From Lama glama (lineage: Eukaryota): a stretch of DNA of 64,000 nt. The stretch covers positions 72,976,001 through 73,040,000 of the forward strand of contig CM052817.1 in NCBI GenBank assembly GCA_028534125.1, in the 5' to 3' direction. Position numbers and translations under genes: made by a program. Positions 53,367 to 64,000 of the stretch are shown here, one piece after another (position 1 is the first letter of the stretch; each line of letters starts with the position of its first letter). The notes beneath the pieces are model-generated. The model searched no databases. It was not told the origin of the DNA and saw only the letters and a program-made list of their open reading frames with translations.

Positions 53367-54541
53367 GTAAATAGTCTTATGTTGCTTAAGTATATGTTAT
53401 CTTAAAATCTCTATATTTATAGAGGAAAGGTGTCATTAAATAATATATTGCATATGAATAGTCATTGGACCTATATTTAGATATACAGAGATGAAAATGA
53501 CTTAAAAGTGAAAAAAATTATTTCGGCCTATAATAATTTGTTTTAGTTTGGTTTAATTTATCAGAAATCATATGCTGCCAATAAGTGAAGAGAATACATT
53601 CTTCTCTAAGTAATTTCTGAGTTCACAAGTAAGGCCTCTGGCAAGATACATGCACCTTTGTGTTTAAAACTAACTAAAAAATTACTCTGTTTCACAATAA
53701 GTGGTCTTCTTTTTAATCTCTTTGTTTGTCTTATATTTATCTATTCTTAGTAAGTGAACCAAGTACCTCTAATGATCTTGAATGTTATATTTACTTTAAC
53801 GTATTTACGGAAATGGCCTGTAATTATAGTTTTGCCATTTTCTAAACTAAATGGAGTTAATTGTATCCCATTGTACATTTAAAAATAGTCTGTTTAGTAC
53901 CAGCTGGTGATGTCAACGGCATTAACTTAAGCTGCACAATAGATGCTAATGTTAGGCTAAAGAAAAAAATTGTGTTGAAATTTGATTTTTAAGTTTGATC
54001 TGACATGCAATAGATTATTACTAAAGCAGTTTGTATGTTGTTATGACTGGCAAGAACTTAAATTTGGAAGTAATTTAATAACTTTATAGTAATAGAATTC
54101 AGGACACATGTGCATCAGTGTTAAATGAACTTTGTGAAAGCTTGCTTCACTCTGTTAGACAGTGATGTGATTAAAGACCCTGAACTTACGAGGGCCCAAA
54201 CCATTAAACTAATCAGGGTGATAGGCATTGGAACAATTGTTGAGAATGAAGATCACTATATGTTCTAAAGCTAGAAACAGTTTGTATTTATGCAAATTAG
54301 ATGCGCTACTTTATAATTCACCTTCTAAAGAATTCTGCAATGTTTGATATCATTTGAGTTCTTTTGTAAAAAGAGAAATTGAAACGAGAAATCACAAAAA
54401 TTTCAATTCTGTCTTGCTTTGTAGAGCTCAATGATTTTTTTAATGATTTATTTTTTATTTTATAAATAGAAATATTTTATTTTTAGAGCAGTTAGACAGG
54501 TTCTGATTTTTGTTAATCCTTATTATTTTGTTCATGTACAG

Positions 54542-54640
54542 TTAGCCTTACAAGAGGAGAAGTTAAGACTAGAAGAAGAAGCTTTATACGCTGCACAGCG
54601 TGAAGCAGCCAGGGCAGCAAAGCAGCGAAAGCTCTTGGAG
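54542..54640 (+). CDS. AP1AR: AP1AR exon 6 (99 nt; LALQEEKLRLEEEALYAAQREAARAAKQRKLLE)
   Basis: Acceptor gtacag|, donor GAG|gtgagg; phase 0-0 coiled-coil exon. Confidence 0.96.
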
Positions 54641-56401
54641 GTGAGGGGAAAAGACCCCAACACATATTAGGGCTGCTTTTCTCCTGATTTTCTCTGACAA
54701 ATCTTAGTTGGGACCTTTTTTCCCCTAGAGTCAAGGGCTTCTTATTTAACAACAAATGTATTTATTTATATATTCCTAGGAATTTTGAAGACATGTTAGT
54801 TGGTCTTTAACAGCTAGAAATAACATCAAATTATATGCTTGATACTGAATGCTATTTAGCTTTCAATTAGCAGAAGCTAGTTCTTGTTTATCCCAAAGAT
54901 GAAAATTACTTCTCCAGAATTCAGTACCCTTTTGGAAAAATAAATACATTCTTAGATGAAACATTGCAAAACTAACCTTTAAATATAATTTCTACAGCTT
55001 TTTAAAATTTATTTTTGTGAATTTTTTTTAAACAATTTTTTGAACTGCTAGTCTTACACTTCCTAGAATCGGGTAAACTGGGTGATTTTTGCCCCATAGG
55101 AATAGTGTATATTTCTCATCTTTATATGTGTATCTTTGGGAGATTAGGAGTTTGAGTCTTGAGAAATCTTGACATATTATCAGAGAAAACAGCAGATTTA
55201 TCATGTCTTACCATGCCATATTTGAATATGGCATTATCATAATGCCAGACAGCTATTAATAACAGACATTTACGGAGCCCTAGCTAAGTGTCAGAATCTG
55301 ATCTGATTAGTTTACATATTTCACTGTGTTTAATCCTCACAGCAATCTGAGGAGGGAGATAGTGGTTTTAATCCCCATTTTACAGATTATGAAACCAAGA
55401 GACAAAGATGTTAAGTAACTTGCTTAAGATCTTACAGCTAAGAAATGACAGAGCCAGAGTTCAAGTACTGCTTTGCCAGTTTTCTACTTAGTATCCTCCT
55501 CCATCTTTTGCCTGTGTGTACTCCACTGCAGTGTTAACTGAAGTAGTACAAGGATTATGTCACATAATAATTATTGTAACTTAGAGAAACTGAAAAATCA
55601 AATATCGTGTTTCTGTGTGATTTCTATGGAACCTGTGTTCTCTCTCTCTCTCTTTGGCATTTTAGCAGATTAATTAGATTATATGAGGGAGTATCTTTTT
55701 TAATTTTTATTTTTAGTAAGTTCTAAGTAGTGGGAAACTTTAAAAATTAACTCACCTTCTACTAAGAAATAAAAGTATTTTCCTTTAATTATAATTTAGA
55801 CAACTCTTTTTACTATAATAAATTTTCTTACTGCTTACCTTTTAAAGACTAAAAGCATTCCATATGCAGAATCTGAGTTTTTTCTTCCCTGAATAAATAT
55901 TGATATAGGAACATACAGCAGTCTATACAGCATGCACTGACACACAAAGACACACAGAGACAAACAAATTCATTTGATTTTCACAATAGCCTTATGAATT
56001 TGCTAGGGCAGTATTATGGCCATCTGTAATTTACAGATGAAGAAACAGAAAATAAAGGACATGCTAAGGACATACAGCTAGTAACTGTCAGAGTCACAGC
56101 TCAGGTCTTTTAGATCTTTTGTTTTATTGCTACTAATTTCAAAGTTATTTTTTAATAACACTATGAATATTTTGACCACTTAAGGATTATACACTGGCAA
56201 GTTGAGAGAAATTCTACCCATAAATAAGAGGATATAGAAATAAACAGTGATAAATTTAAGGAAAAAGACTTCAAGAGAGTAACTTTTTAAGGTTTTTTTT
56301 TTCAAAAACTAGAAAAAGAATACTTTTTGCCATTGCATGAATGGTTTTAAAAAATAAAATTTTTCAACAGAGTGATTTTGTATTATATTATGTTTCCAAA
56401 G

Positions 56402-56460
56402 CAAGAAAGGCAGAGAGTTGTACAGCGATACCATTCTTCAAACAGTGGAGAATATCAAAG
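56402..56460 (+). CDS. AP1AR: AP1AR exon 7 (59 nt; QERQRVVQRYHSSNSGEYQ-S)
   Basis: Acceptor tgtttccaaag| (AAG type), donor AG|gtaaat; required for a continuous frame. Confidence 0.93.
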
Positions 56461-57068
56461 GTAAATAACAAAACATACTTTTTCCCTTTGTAGTAGAAAA
56501 TGTTATTTCCAAATGTTACTACTTATCAAAGATACTGTCTTGTAAGAATACTAAGAATATTTGCTCTCTTTATATTGGAAAATGATCATTTATTTAAGTT
56601 GACTTTATTGCATTCTTAAGAGTGATCACATCTTTCATATAGAATATGACGCAATAGCACACTGAATGCCTTTGGATAAATTGTTTCTGCCTTAGTTGTT
56701 TGTGTTTTCTTTGGCCCCTGTCTTTTCTTACAATAAAGTTTATGTGTGATCATTTTTTAGAAGACATGTTTCAGTGCCACATTTCCAGTCATGATTCCTA
56801 CTCATGCAAAGAACCTTGTTCATGCTTCTTCATTGTAAATTATAAAGTTAGACTTATGGCTAAGCTTTGGATTTCGACTTATTATTTTCAGTTTATTGCT
56901 AGCATTAAGGAAATTAAGACCTCTTTTGGTTAGATTATTCTAATTGTAAGGTAATTATGAATTTGTGTGGGATAGACCTTCAAACCACAGTGGTATCATT
57001 AACTTAAGCATGCAGTTATATTGTATCTACTATGAATATATGAAAAAGTTATTTCACTTTTATTACAG

Positions 57069-57142
57069 CTCAGGACCAGAAGATGACTTTGAATCTTGTT
57101 TGAGAAATATAAAGTCACAATATGAAGTTTTTCGCAGTAGTA
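57069..57142 (+). CDS. AP1AR: AP1AR exon 8 (74 nt; SGPEDDFESCLRNIKSQYEVFRSS-R)
   Basis: Acceptor ttattacag|, donor A|gtaagt; also visible in ORF 56965..57204. Confidence 0.96.
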
Positions 57143-57722
57143 GTAAGTCTTTTAAAATATCTGTATACGTTTTAAGATTATCTTATGCCACATTACACAG
57201 ATAATTGGAGATCTTGGCTTTTTTGAGAAGAACTTCCTACCCTTCAATTTGTGTTGCCCAGACAGGTCACTTAACTAGTCCTTAATTACACAATTTTATC
57301 TTTCCTTTTTTAAAAGGAGTTTGGGGTAAAGAAAAATTTCAGGCTATTTCTGTAGATATGTATCGGGAATCAAGCACTCCTTTTTCCATTTCTACTCTGA
57401 TCTCACCTCTCCATCTCCCAGAAAAGGGGAGTAGGTACAAAAAAAGTATACTTATTTTACTTATTACAAATTGGTTTATAAGATTAAAATGGTTTTCTCC
57501 AAGTTTCAGAAGTCAAAACTACTATGCTCCCCAGAAATGGAAGCATGGTAGTGGTTCCTTTTGAAAATATAGACTGATTTTCATTTATCACTTTCGTTTG
57601 TTTTTGTTCCCTTTTGTAATTGACTGTTAAAAATATTACCTAGAGTTTATCATATTTGGAAAGTTTATAATTCATTTAAATTTGCATATTTACTGTGGTA
57701 GATGGGAAAAGAAGTTAAAAAA

Positions 57723-57800
57723 GAAGAAGAAGAAGAAGAAGAAGAAGAAGAAGAAGAAGAAGAAGAAGAAGAAGAAGAAGAAGAAGAAGAAGAAGAAGAA
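57723..57800 (+). repeat. Perfect (GAA)26 microsatellite in AP1AR intron 8
   Basis: 78 uninterrupted bases of GAA, preceded by an A run. Confidence 0.97.
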
Positions 57801-57805
57801 AAGAT

Positions 57806-57908
57806 GGGGAGGGTATAGCTCAGTGGTAGAGAGCATGCTTAGTTAGCATGCACAAGGTCCTGGGTTCTATGCCCAGTACCTCCACTAAAAAAATAAAGAA
57901 ATAAAAAG
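57806..57908 (+). mobile_element. Camelid-type tRNA-derived SINE
   Basis: GGGGAGGGTATAGCTCAGTGGTAGAG...GGTCCTGGGTTCTATGCCCAGTACCTCCA plus A-rich tail; 4-bp internal duplication (ttag). Confidence 0.9.
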
Positions 57909-58104
57909 AGAGAAAGGGGGAAAACCCCTTTATACTGTTATACTGTTTCTAACAGAAACTTACTAATGCAGTGATTTCAATAATTGTTTTTTATGATGTT
58001 AAAAGGAGTAGTGTTATTTGGAAAGAGATAATTATCACAAAATAAATGGTTGTGGTAAAGGAGTGTAGATGACCACATTTAATTCTATTTGGTGTGTTTT
58101 CTAG

Positions 58105-58233
58105 GACTCTCATCAGATGCCACAGTTTTAACACCAAATACAGAAAGCAGTTGTGATTTAATGACCAAAACTAAATCAACTAGTGGAAATGATGACAGCA
58201 CATCTTTAGATCTAGAATGGGAAGATGAAGAAG
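58105..58233 (+). CDS. AP1AR: AP1AR exon 9 (129 nt; LSSDATVLTPNTESSCDLMTKTKSTSGNDDSTSLDLEWEDEE-G), contains the W210 acidic motif
   Basis: Acceptor gttttctag|, donor G|gtattt; W210 codon at 58218-58220 in DLEWEDEE, the tryptophan-acidic motif described for kinesin light chain and Arp2/3 binding in gadkin. Confidence 0.97.
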
Positions 58234-59667
58234 GTATTTTATATTCACAATTTTACCTGAAAACTTTTATTTAATTTGTGTTAATTTATAGAAATGTACT
58301 TTATATTTTACTTCATTTAAACTGAAATGAATGCAAGGCCTTGAAAAATCAGTGTAAAAATTTCTTAGATTTTTATTGTATTAGTGATTATCATTTGTTG
58401 GTAAGTTTTTTAGAAAGTTGCTTAATTCTTAATGTTTCTTGAGATTTAGAAAATAAGTGTTCTCATTTTAAGGTTTTTGTAATCTAGCTCATTTTACTCA
58501 GTAAAAATTACTGCCCCCTTGTGGACCACCTAAAGCCAAAATATAATTAACTTTTAGTTCATAATAAATAAGCAATTAGGTGTTGTTTTTTTTTTTGCTA
58601 ATATAAAAGCCATACACAGACATGAGTTTGAATTTTAGCTAGTATGTCTTCCTAGCAGTAATACTTTAGACAGATTTCTTAATCTCTCTAAGCTGCAGTT
58701 TGTTCATCATAAAAAGGGAATTATAAACCTACTTTTAAAGAATGATTATTCACTGTTGTATACTAAGGGTCTAAAATTGCTTGGCACATAATAGGCAGTC
58801 AATAAATATTTGAACAAATGAAATCATGAATATTATAAGGATTAAGTAAAATTTATATAAAACACTCAGTGTACAGTATGGCATATAGCTATAAGTACTC
58901 CAGAGTATAGCTAAAATGTGGATTTTTTAAGGCCATTTCACTGAATAAGGCCCACATCTTTATTTTCATTTTAAGAAATAGGTAATCAAAAAAAGAGAAA
59001 CCAGTTACAGAATATAGGACTTTAAGAAAAGTAGTAAGTATTAAATATTTCACAGAATTTTGCAGTGGAATAGACCTTAGATATCTTCTAGTTAAGCCAT
59101 TTGTTTTATCAATAAAGAAACTGATATACAGAGGACTTTAATAATTTTACCAAAGATTACAATTAATTTAAAATCTTCTCAGCTAAAAACTGTTTCCCCA
59201 ATCCTGTACTTTTGTTACTGTGAATTTGGATCCCAATCAGCAGATTTTAATTTATTTTTATTTTAGCATCTTGTTCAATTTGATATAAAGCCTTTCATGT
59301 CTTTTAATCCTTGATTCTGTCAGTCTCACTGTATGCTAATCAAAATTGTCATCTAGGTTGGAAAGGGCTTTGGCAGACACACTGATTTGGCTGTGTAAGA
59401 CTAATTGCAATTAAAGTCCTCTGTCGATTCTGCTTTATTTATGCTCTTCAGAAATTTCATCTTATTAGATGATCAGTGTTGCCATCAGAACTGTCCTTTA
59501 GTGAACATTAATGTTCACTCTCAGATAACACCTGAACATTTCCCTTAAAAAGGCCTCCATAGGATGGGCTCTTTAAGTTAATTCACAAATCAAGTCTGAT
59601 AGTTTGTCTTTTAGTATAGCTTTTTAAATCTTCACTGAAATTTCTAATAACTCTGCCCAAATAATAG

Positions 59668-59933
59668 GAATGAATCGAATGCTTCCAGTGAGAGAACGGT
59701 CCAAAACAGAGGAAGACATTCTCCAGGCAGCACTTAAGTATAGCAGCAAGAAGACTGGAAGTAATCCTACATCAGCCTCTGATGATTCCAATGGGCTGGA
59801 GTGGGAGAATGATTTCGTCAGTGCTGAAATGGATGATAATGGCAATTCTGAGTATTCTGGGTTTGTAAATCCTGTGTTAGAACTGTCTGATTCTGGCCTA
59901 AAGCAATATGATGCAGATCAACAAAAACGATAG
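59668..59933 (+). CDS. AP1AR: AP1AR exon 10, coding part (MNRMLPVRERSKTEEDIL...LEWENDFVSAE...DQQKR*)
   Basis: Acceptor aataatag|; ORF 59670..59933; W260 (59802-59804) in LEWENDF, the AP-1 gamma-ear binding motif; total CDS 909 nt = 302 aa + stop. Confidence 0.97.
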
Positions 59934-61580
59934 GGTAAAATTGTGTGATCTTGTTTATCAGTTACGACCAAAAACCAGCTAGAATGTATAAATGGTTGTG
60001 CTGAGCCTTTTTGTAAGATGGGAGGTAAGAAACCATGTAAATGCTTATTAAGAAGGAATAGGAGTGATAGGCTGTATCTGAATTGCTTCAGAATTAAGTG
60101 CAATTTCATCATCTGCCTTCTGCTTTTCAAAAACAGTTCAATGTTTCTATCATGTTATTAATTAAATTTATTTTAGCTCTTTCTTTATAGCATTCCTGTT
60201 TACTATTTGTAGATTTCCACTTTTTAAAATAGTTTTATCAATTTCACTTTGAATGCTTTCTTAACCCCTATTTCAGTAGCTAACTGTGAAAATATTAAGG
60301 CATTTTGTGTTAATTCTCAGTGGACGTGAAGGGAGCATGAAGAGGGACTGCCAGATTCAGATTTAGAATAGTGTTCCCTTTACCAGCGTTATTTATTCCT
60401 GTGACTTATTTAAATTTTATTATCTAATAGTAAGCACAATTAATTTGAGTAGGTGACCCTAAAGAGAGGCTGAAGTATCAGTTTCTTTCTACCTTTGTTG
60501 CATATCCTAGTATAATGTTGATTCAGTCTGAACAATGAATATGACATGTTAAAATAAGCTTTCAGAGTTTGGACACTTAAGTTGGTAATCAGAAGTAATA
60601 TTTAAGAAAATATATATACTTAGGTTTTAAACTTTTTACATGCTACTATAAATGGACTATTGACTTTAAGTTAATTGATATATTAAATTTCTAGATTTCA
60701 TTTTTTTTTTAATTCTATATTTCAATGAATGGTCTTAGAAAGATTTTACAGAGCATATTCTCTGGGCATGGTTTAAGAAAGGAAAACCTAAAAAAAAGGT
60801 AATACGGGTATTTCAAAGTAAATAAAATCCTTTCTGGTATGAAAGAATCCATTGATTTTATTAAGCTTTTCTTTACCTTGTAATACAAGGTGCTTTAATG
60901 GGATGAAACTGAGTAAATCAATATATACAACTGAATTTTATTATAAACAGTTAACTTCTTTTCTCTAAAGTTTATTCAATTTAAAAGGCCTAGGATATAA
61001 GACACTCCCTAATTGCTTGTCTTGATTTTGCTGAGGATTAAATATGATTTTAGTAAGCAAACTGTTTTTTGATTTTTCCTTAGTGTTTTTCTTTCTTTTT
61101 CTTGGAACAATGACAGTGCATGTTCTCAAAAATACAGGAAGGTCCAGATATAAATAGTAACTTAAAGTTCTTGCTGTACTTTTAAAAAATCATGTGGCCC
61201 TTTCAATATTTGAACTGCTAAGGCAATGACATCTGTGGTTTTGTCTCCTTTTTTATCTCATGGAAGTAAATATGAACTTTAAATATGTAAATATATATTA
61301 GGTAATGCTATAATTTATGTCTGTCTTAACATAATTTAAGTTGTAGCTGTGTCATTGGAAATACTTTAATGATAATCTATATTCACATTGCCTGTGTTAT
61401 GCTTTTTAAAGTTTGTATACATCAGATGTATATTTTTGGTTTGGCATAAGCTACTATTGTAATTTTTCTTGGTATTTTGTTCATAAAGAATTTTTTGAAG
61501 GAATGGTAACTTCTCAAAGATTGTGAATAAACACATTTTTACATTTAAGAATAATAAATTATTTGATTATTACTAGTTTT
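59934..61580 (+). other. AP1AR: AP1AR 3'UTR (approximate end)
   Basis: AU-rich stretch with no recognisable repeats after the stop, ending near tandem AATAAA signals; repeats resume at ~61770. Confidence 0.7.
61526..61558 (+). terminator. Polyadenylation signals AATAAA (61526-61531, 61553-61558); a proximal AATAAA at 60821-60826
   Basis: Canonical hexamers followed by T-rich sequence at the end of the UTR block. Confidence 0.65.
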
Positions 61581-62059
61581 ACTCCATAAAAACGCAATAA
61601 TTTTGTCTCCTGACTTATAAAATAGTTATTTTATTAAATCTGAAGTCAAAAGGAAATGAGTTAGTAAAGCAAAGCAGGATGGAACTAAACTTGAAAATTT
61701 TTGTGTTTGAACTGCTAAGAAAAGGATATTAGTTTTCTTGTTTTATTTGTTTATTAAAAACACTAGAAATAGCATTTATTTATTCAGCAAATAATGGAGA
61801 GTGTACTGTATTGGGTAAGGTGTTAGGGAGAGTGAATTTTATTTGACGTAGAATAGGAAGCCACTGACCTTTAGTAAGCCAGAGTGTACAGTAATAGATT
61901 TGCATTTTTGAAAAATTCCTCTAGCTACTATGTAGAGAATAGATTGTAACAGGGCAAGAGTGGATGTATGGTACTTCCAATGGGACATGGTATAGTTTGG
62001 ATTGATAACTGCTGTAGGAATGTAGAGCAGATTAACTTGAGAGGTAGAACCAACAAGAT

Positions 62060-63400
62060 TTTTTTCCCCCAGTTTTATTGAGATAATGGACACAGACCAC
62101 TGTATAAGCTTAAGGCATACAGCATAATGATTTAACTTACATATATCATGAAGTGATTGTTTCATACAATAAATTTAGTGTTCACAATAAATTTAGTGAA
62201 CATCAATAGATACAAAATTAAAGAAACAGGAAAAAATTATTTTTCTTGTGATGAGAACTCTTAGGATTTACTCTCTTCACAACTTTCATATGTAACATTC
62301 AGCAGTACTATATTAATCATGTTGTACATTACATCCCTAGTACTTTTTTATCTTATAACTGAAAGTTTGTACCTTTTGACTGCCTTCCTCCAGTTCCCCC
62401 TCCCCCCACCCTCCATCTTTGGTAACCACAAATCTGATCTCTTTTTCTATTAGTCTATCTGTTTTTAAAGTATGATTGACCTACAGAACTATGTTGATTC
62501 CTGTTACAGAACATAGTGATTTGGTATTTCTCTACATTTCAAAATGTTCACCAAGATAAATCTAGGTACCATCTGTCACCATACAGAGATACAATTACAT
62601 AGTTACTGACTACATCCCCACACTGTATATTTCATACTGTCACTCATTTATTTTACAACCAAAGTTTTTACCTCAATCTCTCTCATCTATTTCTTTTCTC
62701 TCCTCACCCCTCTCTCCTCTGCGAACCATTTGTTTGTTCTCTGTGTCTATAATATAATTCTGTTTCTGTTTTATGTTTGATCATTTTTTTTAATTCCACA
62801 TATAAGTGAAATCATACAGTATTTGTCTTTATCTGATTTATTTCACTTAGCATTATACCCTCTGGGTCCACCCACATTGTTGCAAATGGCAAGATTTCAC
62901 TCTTTTTTAAGGCCAAGTAATACTCATACACATATAACACTCACACCCATCTTATTTATCCATCCATTGATGGGCACTTTGGTTACTCCTGTGTCTTCGC
63001 TATTCTAAGTAATGGTGCAGTGAACATAGGGGTGCATATATCTTTTCTAATTAGTGTTTTAGTTTTCTTCAAATAAATATCCAGAAGTGAAATTACTAAG
63101 TCATATGGTAGTTCTATTTTTAATTTTTTGAGATACCTCCATACTGTTTTCCATAGTGGCTGCACCAGTTTATATTCCCACCAAAAGTGCTCAAGGGTTC
63201 CCTTTTCTATACTTCCTTACCAACACTTGTTATTTGTTGTCTTTTTTTATAATAACCATTCTGATAGATGTGAGGTCAGTTCATTTTGGTTTTGATTTTC
63301 ATTTCCCTGATGATTAGTGATGTTGAGCATCTTTTCATGTACCTGTTAGCCATCTGTATGTCTTCTTTGGAAAAATGTCTGTTCAGATCCTCTGCCCATT
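62060..63400 (-). mobile_element. L1 3' end and ORF2 C-terminus (L1MA-age)
   Basis: ORF 62983..63165 [21 protein letters not shown]...CTPMFTA is L1 ORF2 C-terminal sequence; L1 3'UTR with ttttatt end at ~62073. Confidence 0.92.
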
Positions 63401-63403
63401 AAC

Positions 63404-63920
63404 TGTAGGGTAATGCATTCCGTATGCTGCCCTGGCAGGCTTGCTCACTGTGCATATCCACATGACAACATTCAACCGTAGTCTGACACAAGTCTTGACA
63501 GGAGGCCCTATGATCCTCCCTGGATCATGGCAGGATAGGGGAGCCATCATAAAGCCATTTATCATCTGACTCCCTGCCTTGTAGAAGGCTGCCATGAGGC
63601 AGTTTCTCATTCGACTCCCTGGTTCCAGTGAGGCATGGGATTTCCACTGTACCCACATTCAGGTACAGATATAGGCCAATAAAACTGCTTGGTTGGAGTT
63701 TAGAGTTGGCTCCTTAATGACAGAGCTACTCTCCACTTAAATCATCTGTGATCTGGCCCCCCTGGTTCAGTGTCAGCAAGGGACCTAGGACGTGGGACAC
63801 TGACTCCACACTGGTCTTGCTTTTGCTATCTGTGTAAGTAATAAACTGTCTATTTTAGCTCATTGTCTCCCTACAGACCAAATACATGCAAGTATGACAG
63901 TCAGCCTAGCAGCTGCAGCT
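63404..63920 (+). mobile_element. ERVL-class LTR (MER54/MER74-like) inserted into the L1, itself carrying a ~70-bp L1 tail at 63921-63989
   Basis: TG start, gggacctaggacgtggg...cttgcttttgctatctgtgtaagtaataaactgtct; the nested T-rich fragment is flanked by ctgcagct repeats (63913-63920 / 63990-63997). Confidence 0.65.
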
Positions 63921-64000
63921 GCTTTTTTTTTTTTAATTTTAGAGTTATTATTTATTTTGGTTGAAGTATTGTCAGTTTACAATGTGTCACTGCAGCTATT

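Noticed and set aside
57806..57885. tRNA gene (A-box/B-box like sequence), also at 50126-50199
   Set aside because: A-rich tails, a TSD at one copy, a mutated B box and an internal duplication identify these as tRNA-derived SINE copies, not tRNA genes.
61600..64000. TIFA, the downstream neighbour of AP1AR in human
   Set aside because: No TIFA/FHA-like coding sequence seen; this stretch is L2, L1 and LTR, so the gene presumably lies beyond the window.

Overview
Mammalian genomic DNA: AT-rich, repeat-dense, with one CpG island. Two tRNA-derived SINEs of the camelid type (GGGGAGGGTATAGCTCAGTGGTAGAG...) suggest camel, alpaca or llama. The window holds one intact protein-coding gene, AP1AR (gadkin/gamma-BAR), on the + strand. 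It has 10 coding exons (ATG 30492, TAG ending 59933; 909 nt = 302 aa, all introns GT-AG), a CpG-island promoter near 30 kb and a ~1.6 kb 3'UTR. Much of the remainder is decayed transposons (L1, L2, MIR, CR1/L3, MLT1, MER21, LTR16, MER20/58/82, Tigger1); family names are by recognition, not database search, and only a selection of the many MIR/L2 pieces is listed. The most interesting unexplained signal lies upstream of AP1AR. Heavily degraded + strand segments (~21.0-21.4, ~27.4-27.5 and ~27.7-27.9 kb, possibly ~18.1 kb) carry trypsin-family (S1A) serine protease motifs in the canonical order, some behind splice-acceptor-like sequences. I read these as a candidate fossil (unprocessed pseudogene) of a lost type II transmembrane/matriptase-like protease. 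This is a by-eye inference and needs a profile search. Other points: out-of-frame upstream ATGs overlapping the AP1AR start, two microexons, a pure intronic (GAA)26, a diverged 85-bp duplication in intron 1 and convergent CTCF-like motifs.
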